From: a virus
DNA length: 64,000 nucleotides
IMG/VR virus record: IMGVR_UViG_3300021138_000019
Location: 1-64,000 of that record
Reading direction: 5' to 3' (one strand)
A program made the position numbers and the translations under genes. The stretch's first letter is position 1, and each line of letters begins with the position of its first letter. Below the pieces are notes generated by a model. That model did not search any database and was not told the DNA's origin. It worked only from the letters and a program-made list of their open reading frames with translations. This document shows, piece by piece, positions 1-10,900 of the stretch.

Positions 1-960
1 AATAGCGCCTATACATTTGCCAATACGGTTAATACGTATTCCTATGCATCTTATGCGGCACAAAATATTACAGCAGGTTTTGCCAATGGTGCTTATACAT
101 TTGCCAATACTGTTAATACGTATTCCTATGCATCTTATGCGGCACAAAATATAACTGCTGGATTTGCTAATGCCGCCTATACATTTGCCAATACTGTTAA
201 CGTTTATTCGTATAGTGCTTACAATTTTGCTAACACAATTAACTTGTATGCATATAGTGCATATTCTTTTGCAAATAGCATTAACATTTACTCTTACAGC
301 GCCTATTCTTTTGCAAACAGCGTTAACGTGTATGCGTATAGTGCATATGCAAATGCCAATTTGGCATCTTCAAATACAATAACTTTATTTGGTATTGAAA
401 CTGCACAAAATACCAATATTGTTTCAGCATTTACTCAAGCGAATCTAGCATTTACACAAGCAAACTCTGCATTTACTCAAGCGAATAATATTTCAAGTTA
501 TGCTAATGCACAAATATTAATTACGCAAGGTGTTGATACAACTCAAAATACAAACATCACATCTGCTCAATCGTTTGCTAATGGTGCTTTTACTCAAGCC
601 AATAATATTTCTAGCTATGCTAATGCTCAAATATTAATTACGCAAGGTGTTGATGTAGCACAGAATACTAATATTACTTCAGCGTTTGCGTTTGCAAATA
701 GTGTGAATGTGTATGCGTATTCTGCATATAACTTTGCAAATAGTGTTAACGTATATGCATACTCAGCATATGCTAACGCTAATTTGGCATCAGCTAATAC
801 AATTACTCTACAAGGCATAGGAAATGCACAGAACACAAATATAAGTTCCGCATTTACATTTGCAAACAGCGTTAACGTGTATGCGTATAGTGCTTATGGC
901 TTTGCTAACAGTATCAATACATATGCATACTCGGCATATACAAAAGCGAATAATGCTCTT
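1..960 (+). repeat. Intragenic degenerate tandem repeats (84-bp, 42-bp and ~117-bp units) encoding AYxFANxVNxYAYS-type coiled-coil repeats
   Basis: tattcctatgcatcttatgcggcacaaaatat occurs at 37 and 121. acaaatattaattacgcaaggtgttgat-like blocks occur at ~510 and ~627. Confidence 0.8.
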
Positions 961-1449
961 GCAAATACATCAGGTGCTGTATTTGCGGGTAATTTAAACG
1001 TTACAGGTAATATCATATTAACTGGTGCTACAGGTAATATATCGGCTTACAATGTCACAACAAATACATTTACCGCAACAGGTTTAATGTCAGTTCAGCA
1101 GTCAACCGAGAATATTACAAATACTGGTAATCCTGGTTCTTCAACCAACTATGATTTTAATAGTGGTCCTACATATTATAACAGTGGTATGTCGCAAAAC
1201 TGGACTGCAAATTTTATAAATGTACCAACAACTCAAAACAAATCAGTTTTAGTTACTCTAGTTATAAATCAAGGCGCTACAGCATATTACCCAAGCACAA
1301 TTCAAGTTAATACTACAACATATACTCCTAAATGGTTAAATGGAAGTTCATACACCGGCAATATCAGTCAATGGGATTTCTTAACCTTTGCAATAATTAA
1401 TATTGGTGGAACAATTACAGTTCTTGGATCTTATGCAACATATGTTTAA
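1..1449 (+). CDS. Tail fibre-like protein, C-terminal part (5'-truncated by the window)
   Basis: Frame 1 is open from base 1 to TAA 1447-1449. It carries Ala/Asn-rich AxxxAN repeats (7/14/28-aa period) followed by a beta-rich C-terminal domain. Confidence 0.75.
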   Translation, partial: NSAYTFANTVNTYSYASYAAQNITAGFANGAYTFANTVNTYSYASYAAQNITAGFANAAYTFANTVNVYSYSAYNFANTINLYAYSAYSFANSINIYSYSAYSFANSVNVYAYSAYANANLASSNTITLFGIETAQNTNIVSAFTQANLAFTQANSAFTQANNISSYANAQILITQGVDTTQNTNITSAQSFANGAFTQANNISSYANAQILITQGVDVAQNTNITSAFAFANSVNVYAYSAYNFANSVNVYAYSAYANANLASANTITLQGIGNAQNTNISSAFTFANSVNVYAYSAYGFANSINTYAYSAYTKANNALANTSGAVFAGNLNVTGNIILTGATGNISAYNVTTNTFTATGLMSVQQSTENITNTGNPGSSTNYDFNSGPTYYNSGMSQNWTANFINVPTTQNKSVLVTLVINQGATAYYPSTIQVNTTTYTPKWLNGSSYTGNISQWDFLTFAIINIGGTITVLGSYATYV

Positions 1450-1451
1450 TT

Positions 1452-2033
1452 ATGAGTAGAATAAATCAAACTGGCGCCTTAGGATTTATTGGCATAGGTC
1501 CTTCAGATTCTTCTGGTCGTACAGATTATTATCAAGCAAATATGATATTTGCAATGGCTACTGCGCCTACAGGATGGGTCAAACAAACAGCTAATAACGA
1601 TTATGCGTTTAGAATTGTAGGCACTGGAGTAATTGGTAGCGGCGGTTCTTCTAATTTTTCAACAATTTACACTCCGGTAACATCAAGCGGTACCGTTCCG
1701 GCACCCGTAAGTGCTAATGTAATGCCAGTTTTAGGTACTGTGACGGTTGGTGGTGTTGCGTTAACTGCCGCACAATTACCACCACATACTCATCCATATT
1801 GTGGTATTCAGGCACAAGGTCCTTATAATCATTCGTTACCTTCACCACAAACATATTTTGGTGTTGCAAGAGGATCAGGTTGTTCTACTGCATCATTTGG
1901 TTCTTGTACCGCGGCTCCTCACACACATACCACAAATGGTTTAACATCTGCGGCACTTGGTTCATTTTCAGGCGCATCAACTACTCTTGCAATACAATAT
2001 CTTGATAATATTATAGCACAATACCAGAAGTAA
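1452..2033 (+). CDS. Tail collar-like small fibre protein with HxH motifs (paralogue 1)
   Basis: APTGW, LTAAQLPPHTH, a second HTH motif, and C-terminal IQYLDNIIA. Confidence 0.7.
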   Translation: MSRINQTGALGFIGIGPSDSSGRTDYYQANMIFAMATAPTGWVKQTANNDYAFRIVGTGVIGSGGSSNFSTIYTPVTSSGTVPAPVSANVMPVLGTVTVGGVALTAAQLPPHTHPYCGIQAQGPYNHSLPSPQTYFGVARGSGCSTASFGSCTAAPHTHTTNGLTSAALGSFSGASTTLAIQYLDNIIAQYQK

Positions 2034-2036
2034 AAA

Positions 2037-2564
2037 ATGGCAGGATCAATTACAACTCGTCAAATACCAGCAGGCTCTGTTTCAAAATTTCAGCAGGCCT
2101 CGGCTCCTATTAATTGGACTAGAATAACTACATATAATGATTTGACTTTACGGTTAGTTAATACTTCAAACACAGTTGTGACTTCAGCACAAGCCTTCAG
2201 TACAGTATTTTCTCCAACACCACAGCCTTTTGGTGCAACAACATTAACAGTTTCTCCTGGTGCACTTGGTGGTCCTACAACATTGACCGCCGCACAAATA
2301 CCGCCGCATACACATTCTGTCGCATCACCGCCTGCATATTTTAGACCACCATATACAACTAGATCATTTACGTCAGGACCAACTGCACAGGTTGTATCGG
2401 TATCACCACAATCAGGAACAACAACGGATAGCGGTACATATGGTGGTGGTTGCCATGCACATCCCCAATCTTTTTCTGGATCAGGCTCAGTACCATTTTC
2501 ACCGGGCACAATTAATTTTGCAATCAAATATATAGATTTGATTCTTTGTCAGAGGATTATATAA
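2037..2564 (+). CDS. Tail collar-like HxH protein (paralogue 2)
   Basis: APINW, LTAAQIPPHTH, HAH, and C-terminal IKYIDLILC. Confidence 0.7.
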   Translation: MAGSITTRQIPAGSVSKFQQASAPINWTRITTYNDLTLRLVNTSNTVVTSAQAFSTVFSPTPQPFGATTLTVSPGALGGPTTLTAAQIPPHTHSVASPPAYFRPPYTTRSFTSGPTAQVVSVSPQSGTTTDSGTYGGGCHAHPQSFSGSGSVPFSPGTINFAIKYIDLILCQRII

Positions 2565-3046
2565 TGGCTGTATTTGTATCGGGAGCAACTACTTATTTTA
2601 TGGCACCATCAGCGCCCACTGGTTGGGTTCAAGTCACAACATATAATAATATTGCGCTGAGATTAGTTAGTGGCTCAACAGGAAATACTGTAACGAGTGG
2701 GTCACCATTTACAACAATACATACACCAGCTCTACCTTTTAAAGGTTTTGCAAACACAACCTCGGGCACAATTTGCGGTACAGCACTTACCGCACCTCAA
2801 ATTGCTTCACATACCCATAGTTTCCCACAAAACTTTGCGATAACTGGTTGTGCGGTGAATACATTCAATGCAGGACCATTGCCAAATGGCGTTACAAAAC
2901 CATCAGGAAGTCCAGGTCCGTGGTCTACAAATAGTGCTGGTTGTGGGGCGCCACATAGTCACCCACTAGGTGTATCGTTTCAATTAAACAGTAGTATCAA
3001 TTTTTCTGTCAACTATATAGATGTAATACAATGTTATAAAACATGA
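2564..3046 (+). CDS. Tail collar-like HxH protein (paralogue 3)
   Basis: ATG overlaps the previous TAA (TAATG). Motifs APTGW, LTAPQIASHTH, HSH, VNYIDVIQC. Confidence 0.7.
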   Translation: MAVFVSGATTYFMAPSAPTGWVQVTTYNNIALRLVSGSTGNTVTSGSPFTTIHTPALPFKGFANTTSGTICGTALTAPQIASHTHSFPQNFAITGCAVNTFNAGPLPNGVTKPSGSPGPWSTNSAGCGAPHSHPLGVSFQLNSSINFSVNYIDVIQCYKT

Positions 3047-3061
3047 TTGAAGGAGTTTATT

Positions 3062-3385
3062 ATGCAATTAGAAAAAGGAACTTTTTGTCCTTTACTTAAA
3101 AAAGATTGTATCGGACTTAAATGTGCTTGGTTTACCAAAGTACAAGGTTACGATATTAATACCGGTAAACAAATTGATGAATGGAATTGTGCGGTAAATT
3201 GGCTGCCGATGTTACTGATTGAAAATTCTGGTCAGCAAAGAAGTACTGGTGCGGCAGTCGAAAGTTTTAGAAATGAAATGGTCAAGGCCAATGAAATAAC
3301 TAAAGAAATCTTTATGAAATCGGCAGGAATTCAAATTGAACAATCAAAAACAATTCAAATTGAAAATGGAAATGACGGTAGATAA
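3062..3385 (+). CDS. Cys-containing hypothetical protein linked to the collar genes
   Basis: SD AGGAG at 3051, ATG at 3062. Motif CPLLKKDCIGLKCAWF...WNCA. Confidence 0.6.
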   Translation: MQLEKGTFCPLLKKDCIGLKCAWFTKVQGYDINTGKQIDEWNCAVNWLPMLLIENSGQQRSTGAAVESFRNEMVKANEITKEIFMKSAGIQIEQSKTIQIENGNDGR

Positions 3386-3415
3386 GGAATAAATAGACAA
3401 TAAAGTAAGAAAAAA

Positions 3416-3637
3416 ATGTCACTAACAGTCATAGAACCATTCAATTTAGATAATACTTCCACATACAAAGTGAATAGCCTACAGGCCGGTAACACTATTA
3501 ATGTGGGAACCACACTTTATCTAAATAATATAGCGGTTAGTAACACAAATAACACTTTGACGGTTAACTCTGCGATGACTATATCTGGTAATGTTTATGC
3601 GAATTTAATAGGCTATGTTGACGGCGGATCATTTTAA
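3416..3637 (+). CDS. Small virion adaptor ending in DGGSF
   Basis: 73 aa, preceded by ATAAATA late-promoter core (~3389). C-terminal DGGxF motif. Confidence 0.55.
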   Translation: MSLTVIEPFNLDNTSTYKVNSLQAGNTINVGTTLYLNNIAVSNTNNTLTVNSAMTISGNVYANLIGYVDGGSF

Positions 3638-3666
3638 CATAAAAATTACATAGAAGGAACAAACAA

Positions 3667-6219
3667 ATGTCAAGTGGAGCATCAAATTCGAGCATCCTAA
3701 TTAAGCGTTCTAGTGCGACAGCAAAGCCTAGTTCATTGCAATCGGGTGAGTTAGCTTACTCATATATATCAAATACATTCTTTATTGGTACATCAGATGG
3801 TGCTAGCACACTAAACGTTGGTGGCTTTTATTATGCCAATACGATTGATAACGCAACAGCAACAAATGTGCCTGGTACAATTGTTAAACGTGATGCGGCA
3901 GGTAATTCATATTTCGGTAACGTTATTGTTTCTGGTTATATTACTGGACAAATTCAAGGTATTGCACAAGCGGCAAATACACTTTATTACCCACAAAATT
4001 TTGGTGTTTCTGGTGGTGATATATCAGCATCAAATATATCATTCAATGGTTCTAGTCCTGTAATTTTACAAGCCTCATTGAATAGTGTTCCAGGATTAAG
4101 TGCTGGTTCAGTCGGTTCTTCTTCTTCGATTCCTATTATTCAATATGGCGCAAACGGTAGAATTTTATCCGTTTCTTCTGCATCAGTAACAATATCTAAT
4201 GTACAACCAGCATTTGATTGGGCAAACGCCGCATATAATTTCGCAAATACAGTTGCGACAAATACTACTAATGCTTTTGCAACGGCTAACTCAGCCGCAT
4301 CATTTGCTAATGGTGCTTTTGCAAGAGCTAATGCCGCATATAATCAAGCAAATACAGCAGAAACTGATGCTCAAACGGGTATTACAAACGCCGCCTCGGC
4401 ATATTCAGCCGCTTGTACTGCACTATCTACAGCACAAAGTGCAGGAACATTTGCTAACGGTGCTTTCGTCACCGCTAACTCAGCCGCATCATTTGCTAAT
4501 GGTGCTTTTGTTGTTGCCAATTCTGCCGCAATATTCGCTAACGGTGCATTTGCATCTGCTAATGCTGTTCAGTTTACAATTACTGACGGAACACATTCAA
4601 ATACATTCTATAGATCAGGTACGCTAACAGTTAATAGCGGTCAAGGTGTTACAGCAGTCACATCAGCAAACGCTTTAACATTCAGTACAGATAACACAGT
4701 ATTACGTTCTAATACAACATCAGTAGGTGATCAGACAATTAGTTCTGCTTTGAGTATTTCCGGTAACTTAACAACCGGCAATATTATACCATCTACTGCA
4801 TACATGTCAATAGGTACTCTAGCGAACCCAGTAAAAGATCTATACTTGTCTGGCGGCACTTTAAATCTTGGCGGCATTACAATTAGTAATTTAAGTAATA
4901 TTGTCACATTCCAAGGTGGTGCAACAGATATAGCAGTTCCGGGCGGTAATTTTGGTCCGCTTTCAAATATTGCCGCAATGGCAAACGTTGGACAGAATTT
5001 TGTTACCACTGGCGGTACAGTTTCTGGAAACGTTAACATTGTAGGTAACTTGATTGTTCGTGGAAATACAGTTCAAGTTGACTCTAACGTAGAAACTACA
5101 ACAGCCGGCACACTCGGTTTAGCCGCAAACAATACTGGTGACGTAATTGATATTGGTCTATACGGAAATTATGTTAACGGTACTAATAAGTTAACCGGTT
5201 TGATCAGAAGCCCAGGAACAAGCAACTGGTATTTGTTTAATAATATTAATGCTACAGAACTTACTGGTAACACAATTCCAGTCGCAGATTTTACTAGTGC
5301 TAACTCTGCAACATTGTATGCGAACATTATTTCTTATCAAACATCTTCAAGCGGACAAGGAACATTTGGTTCTGTTGTATCAAATACTGCTATTGCAGTA
5401 TCTTCTGGTGGTACTGGACAACAAACATTACCGATCGGACAAATTGTAATTGGTAACGCTACAGGTGCAGTGCAAGCACTTGCCAATTCTTCATTAGCCG
5501 CTGGTCAATATGCCAATGCAAATACAATTGGTGTGTTCACGACTGATGCGTATGGACGTGTAGTAGCAGTTACAAATACTGCAATATCAGGGTTAACAGT
5601 TAGCCAAGGTGGTACGGGTGCCGCATCATTCTCTATTGGTCAACAGATTATTGGAAATGCTACAGGTGCTCTACAATCTCTTGCAAATGTTTCAACAACA
5701 GTTACTGGTGCGCTTTCAACAAGCAATACGATCACTTCTATAACAACAGATGCATGGGGACGTTTAACCGCATATACTGGTGCCGCAATATCCGGTTTAA
5801 CAGTTAGCCAAGGTGGTACTGGTCAGTCTTCATTTACAACTGGACAGATTGTAATTGGTAATGGTACTGGCGCCCTACAACCTCTTGCTAATTCTGCGTT
5901 GACTGCCGGACAATATGCAAATGCTAATACAATTGCATCAATTACAACTGACGTTTACGGACGTATTACTGCTGTAACAAACAATGCAATTGCAATTACA
6001 GCCGCTCAGATTACATCAGGACAACTTGGTGTTGGTTACGGTGGTACTGGTCAATCATCATTCACCTTAGATGGTATTATCTACGGTAATGGTGGTGGTG
6101 CATTGCAATCAACATTAGCCGCTGGTTCTTCCGATCAAGCATATACGAACCAAATTCTAACAGTTACAAATTCTGGTGTTCCAGTTTGGGCATCTGCTGT
6201 TGATGGTGGAACCTTCTAA
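3667..6219 (+). CDS. Long tail fibre protein (IKRS..GELA N-terminal module, GGTG repeats, C-terminal DGGTF)
   Basis: 850 aa with AN coiled-coil repeats and repeated VSQGGTG / TTDxYGR units. Confidence 0.75.
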   Translation: MSSGASNSSILIKRSSATAKPSSLQSGELAYSYISNTFFIGTSDGASTLNVGGFYYANTIDNATATNVPGTIVKRDAAGNSYFGNVIVSGYITGQIQGIAQAANTLYYPQNFGVSGGDISASNISFNGSSPVILQASLNSVPGLSAGSVGSSSSIPIIQYGANGRILSVSSASVTISNVQPAFDWANAAYNFANTVATNTTNAFATANSAASFANGAFARANAAYNQANTAETDAQTGITNAASAYSAACTALSTAQSAGTFANGAFVTANSAASFANGAFVVANSAAIFANGAFASANAVQFTITDGTHSNTFYRSGTLTVNSGQGVTAVTSANALTFSTDNTVLRSNTTSVGDQTISSALSISGNLTTGNIIPSTAYMSIGTLANPVKDLYLSGGTLNLGGITISNLSNIVTFQGGATDIAVPGGNFGPLSNIAAMANVGQNFVTTGGTVSGNVNIVGNLIVRGNTVQVDSNVETTTAGTLGLAANNTGDVIDIGLYGNYVNGTNKLTGLIRSPGTSNWYLFNNINATELTGNTIPVADFTSANSATLYANIISYQTSSSGQGTFGSVVSNTAIAVSSGGTGQQTLPIGQIVIGNATGAVQALANSSLAAGQYANANTIGVFTTDAYGRVVAVTNTAISGLTVSQGGTGAASFSIGQQIIGNATGALQSLANVSTTVTGALSTSNTITSITTDAWGRLTAYTGAAISGLTVSQGGTGQSSFTTGQIVIGNGTGALQPLANSALTAGQYANANTIASITTDVYGRITAVTNNAIAITAAQITSGQLGVGYGGTGQSSFTLDGIIYGNGGGALQSTLAAGSSDQAYTNQILTVTNSGVPVWASAVDGGTF

Positions 6220-6237
6220 ACTATTTTTAAATGTGAG

Positions 6238-6262
6238 AAAGTGGGATAACATCCCACTTTTA
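6238..6262 (+). terminator. Intrinsic terminator
   Basis: aaagtgggat-aac-atcccacttt followed by a short T run. Confidence 0.6.
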
Positions 6263-6306
6263 TAGGTGGGATAAATAAATTATTATTAATATATTAGGAG
6301 TTTGAA

Positions 6307-6900
6307 ATGGATAATGAAAAATATTTAACTGGTTTTGTTGAGATTTTAAAAAATGCTTTGAGTGAGCATCAAAATTCGAATTTAACTTTGCAGGCAAATT
6401 TAAAGTTTATGGACTCTGCTCTTCGGGAACAAGGAGAGCAGATTACAAAATACTCAATTATGATTGCGGATTTAAATAAAGAAAAGGAAGATAAAGTTGA
6501 AACTGAAAATCAAAGAATAAAAGAACTTGAAAATTTAGTATCGAATCTTGAAGAAGAAAAAAATAAAAAGCAAGAAGAACTTTCGAATAATCAAACAAAA
6601 CTTGATGCATTTAAAATAGAGTCACGTGATGAAATGCAAAAGTTAAAGAATCAGGTTGAGCATTTAAATGAAGTTAATTCGTCTTTAGAGCCATTAAAAG
6701 GTACTGTTGAAAATTTACGAAATGAAAATACCAATTTGAAAAATGATATTGCTAATTTACAAAATGAAAATACCAATTTGAAAAATGACATTGCTATTGC
6801 TAATTCCACTCAATCAGCAACACAAAAATCGCTAAACAAGTCTTTCATTAAAAAGGCTATTGTATCAAATCAAGTAATAGAAGATGGTGGAAATTTCTAA
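6307..6900 (+). CDS. Coiled-coil protein ending in DGGNF (possible fibre assembly factor)
   Basis: SD AGGAG, heptad-rich sequence, and an internal 42-bp tandem duplication (NENTNLKNDIA twice). Confidence 0.65.
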   Translation: MDNEKYLTGFVEILKNALSEHQNSNLTLQANLKFMDSALREQGEQITKYSIMIADLNKEKEDKVETENQRIKELENLVSNLEEEKNKKQEELSNNQTKLDAFKIESRDEMQKLKNQVEHLNEVNSSLEPLKGTVENLRNENTNLKNDIANLQNENTNLKNDIAIANSTQSATQKSLNKSFIKKAIVSNQVIEDGGNF

Positions 6901-6904
6901 GTAA

Positions 6905-7606
6905 ATGGCAAATACAGTAATACGAATTAAAAAATCGGGTGTAGCCGGTAACGTACCGGGTTCACTGGCATTGGGTGAGTTAGCAATTAACTATACTGAT
7001 GGATTACTGTATTTTGCAAATTCTACAGGCATTACATCTTTTTCGGCTAATGCATCTGTCGTTTCCAATTCTGCTTTTTTACAAGCTAATTCCGCCTATG
7101 CATCTCAAAACATTACGGCAGGTTTTGCTAATGCGGCTTATACGTTTGCAAATAGCATCAACACATACGCTTATGCCGCTTATGCTCAAGCAAATTCTGG
7201 TACGGGTGTGTACTCAACATCAGCGTTTAATCAAGCAAATGCGGCTTTTATTCAAGCAAATGCGGCATTTTCAAAAGCAAACTCAAGTGGTAGCGGTACA
7301 AGTTTAACCTATACCGCCGCAACAACACCACCCGCATCAGGAAATAATAAAGGTGACCAATGGTACAATACAACAACTAACGTATTGTATGAATGGGTTA
7401 CTGATGGCACAAGTTATTTTTGGATAGACACAAGTTCTCCTACAGTTTCAAACACAGCAAACGTTAATATTGTTACAACTGGTAATGTAAACACTAATGT
7501 AGTTTTTGCAAATTCAGTTTATATTGGAACTCAAAATATAAGTTCATATATACAATCATACATTCAACAAAATACAATAAATCCGCTAATGTTAGTGGGT
7601 CTATAG
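6905..7606 (+). CDS. Fibre adaptor (IKKS..GELA N-module, GDQWY module, C-terminal INPLMLVGL)
   Basis: Motifs shared with the 3667 and 12267 ORFs. Confidence 0.65.
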   Translation: MANTVIRIKKSGVAGNVPGSLALGELAINYTDGLLYFANSTGITSFSANASVVSNSAFLQANSAYASQNITAGFANAAYTFANSINTYAYAAYAQANSGTGVYSTSAFNQANAAFIQANAAFSKANSSGSGTSLTYTAATTPPASGNNKGDQWYNTTTNVLYEWVTDGTSYFWIDTSSPTVSNTANVNIVTTGNVNTNVVFANSVYIGTQNISSYIQSYIQQNTINPLMLVGL

Positions 7607-7615
7607 GGGATTACA

Positions 7616-7945
7616 ATGGCAGTCAATTACAAAATTTTAGGTCAATCAAACCCAGTAGCTAATACATCGACCGTAGCTTATACTGTTCCTGCGGCAACAC
7701 AAGCTGTCATTTCAACTATTCAAGTAACAAACTTATCTCCAAACACTTCAACATTCTTTATTTCTGCACAAAAAGCTGGTGTTGCATTAGCAAACGCTCA
7801 GTATATTGCTTATAACACATCAATACCAGGATATGATTCAATTAGTTATACTCTTGGTGCAACGTTAGGTAACACAGATACAGTAACAGTTTCGGCTAGC
7901 ACTGGTAACGTAGCTTTCTCATTTTTTGGTTCTGAGCTTTCATAA
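7616..7945 (+). CDS. ~110-aa beta-rich connector protein
   Basis: Paralogue of 22758..23084 (YKILGQxNP ... FSxFGxELS). Confidence 0.65.
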   Translation: MAVNYKILGQSNPVANTSTVAYTVPAATQAVISTIQVTNLSPNTSTFFISAQKAGVALANAQYIAYNTSIPGYDSISYTLGATLGNTDTVTVSASTGNVAFSFFGSELS

Positions 7946-10900
7946 TGGGAATTAAAAGACTATCAATACAAACAACTGCTGATAGGACGGTTAGTAATCA
8001 AAATTTAATATTACCAACCGGCGGTTCTGTTTCGACCGCAGTGAATAGTATTGTTTATACTGATGCCAATTATAATACATTGACTGCAAATGCGGCGGCT
8101 ACAACATTTGGTAATTTTAGAATTATTGGTACAAATTTTGTAAATGGTGCTAATGTAATACTTGCTAATACAAGTTCTGGAACAATATCATCAATTGTAT
8201 CAAACACAACTTTTATAAGCTCTAATGAGATACGAGCCAACGTAAGTGTGACGGCTGGTAATTATGCACTTTATATTTTTAACCCTAATGGTACTGCCGC
8301 TATCTACTATTCCGGTGTCACATTTGAACCTTATCCTATTTGGACATCAACAAGTTATGCATCGTCCGGTACAGTTTACGTTCAATTATTAACATCTTCT
8401 ACTGCAATTGAACAGCCTATTACATATTCTTTAGTGTCAGGTACATTACCCACAGGTACAACATTGTCCGCTAATGGTTTGATCTCTGGTACTGCAACGG
8501 GTATTTCTGGTTTAGGACAAACATTTACGTTTACAGTTGCCGCAACAGACATATACAATGAAACTACTCAAGCAAGTATTTCATTGACGATCTCTTTAGG
8601 AGATCAATATTTTGATTATACAACATTGTTACTAAATGGTGAAACAAACACCACAACCTATATCGCTGATGCCAGCACAAATAATTTTGCATTAACAGTA
8701 AATGGTGCGGCAAATCCAAACAGATTTAGTCCATTATGGGGCGCAGGCTATTATGGTAATTATTTTGATGGTAGTACTGGGTATCTATCATTGCCTGCTA
8801 GTACACAATGGCTTATGTCCGGCAACTTTACATTAGAAGCCTGGATATATAGTACGAGTTTCCCCGCATTTTCTATAATATTTGATCAATGGTTTTCTAG
8901 CTCATCAGGTGTTGGTAATTGGCAATTGGGTCTTGCAACAGGTAAACCAACTTGGTATTATGACGGAAATAGTCTTATTTCAAGTTCAACTGCACTATCT
9001 CTTAATATATGGTACCATATGGCTGCAGTTAGATCAGGTACCACACTAACAATATATATCAATGGAACATCTGTTGCAACTGGAACATTTGCGGGAACTC
9101 CGGGTATAAATAATACATTATGGATAGGTTCACAACATTCGGGCGGGCCATTAGACTATTTCCCAGGTTATATTTCTAATGCCCGTATTGTTAATGGCAC
9201 CGCAGTCTACACCAGTGCATTTACACCACCTACTGCACCACTCACCGCAATAGCCAATACAGTATTGCTAACTTGTCAATCTAATCAATTCATAGACAAC
9301 TCAACAAATGCATTCGCACTAACGCCAAATGGTACAGTCAAAGTAGTGCCCAATCAACCATTTGGCGTATTACCTAGTGGTGTACAGAATTATGGTAGCA
9401 GTTTATTTGATGGATCAACTGGGTATTTGACAGTAAGTAGTAGTACAACATTTGCATTTGGTACAGGTAATTTCACAATAGAAGCCTGGGTTTACTTACA
9501 GTCATACCCAGCTAGTTCCGGTAGTACACCGTTTGGCACAACGAACGGAGCAACTTCAGGTTATTATTTTAATCTAGGACAAGATATCAATTCTTTGAGA
9601 TTTACATCAAATGCAAGTGGTTCATGGGCTGATAATTTAACTGTAACATCAGGAAATGGTATACCTTTATACACATGGACACATGTTGCTTTTGTAAGAA
9701 ATGGTGGCACACTAACAATATATAAAAATGGAATAAGCGTTGCAAGTGCTACAGGTGCTTCTGCCTACAATTTTACATCTCCGTCAAATGCCGGCTATAT
9801 TGGTTATGTTTCAAATGGTATATCATCTCAATATTTTAATGGATATTTTAGCAATATTAGAGTAGTTAGTTCCGCAGTTTATACTACTAATTTTACACCA
9901 CCGACAACACCACTAACAGCAATCAGTAATACCTCACTACTAACATTACAATACAAAAATGGTGTAAACAACAACACTTTCTATGATGATAGTGTGAATA
10001 ACTTTGCATTAACCAGAACTGGCACGCCCACACAGGGCACATTCTCACCATTCAGTCAGGCTGGTTGGAGTTACTATTTTGCTGGAGGTAGCAATTGGGT
10101 ATCTGCTAACTCTTCGCCAATCTCTACTACAAATTCAACATTCACTGTGGAAGGTTGGATTTATATGACAGCAGTACCAGTTGGCACTACTCCTTGTGTT
10201 ATAGGTGATATGACTCCTGGTGGTAATAACGACAGTTGGAGTTTTGGACCAATGGGCAGTAGTCCTGTTGTTTCTTTTTACTGGTATGATGGTGCCGCAA
10301 AAACAGTTTCAGGTAATACCGTAATGTCATTGAATACCTGGTATCACATCGCAGTATCAATAAATGCAAATGCCATATCGATGTATGTAAATGGAGTTCA
10401 ACAGACATTAACTGGTACTACAACACTAACTAATAGAACCGGTTCTGTAGGATATATAGGATTAGGAGAATGGACCTCAGCAGTATCAGCTTATTACATC
10501 GGGTACGCTAGTAGCCTAAGGATATCTAATATTGCACTATATTCTTCATCGTTTACTCCACCGACTACTACTTTTACTACATCATCTAACACAGTATTTT
10601 TAACAGCACAGAGTAATAGATTCGTTGATTTATCGACAAACAACTACACTTTAACACCAACAGGTGCATCGGTACAGGCATTCTCACCTTTTCCGCCTAG
10701 TGCAACCTACTCAGTAGCTACTAACGGTGGATCGATGTATTTTGGATCAAGTTCAGATAATGTCGGCCAGGCATCGACCACCGCCTGGGTATTTGGTGGA
10801 GATTTTACCATTGAAGGATGGTTCTATTTCCTACCTGCAGGAGCAGGCACTTCTCGAAGTGTTGTTAATACATCAGGCGGTAACGTGTATTTGAACACCG

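Noticed and set aside
1-960. CRISPR-like array
   Set aside because: The repeats are degenerate, in-frame multiples of 21 bp within an open fibre gene, with no unique spacers.
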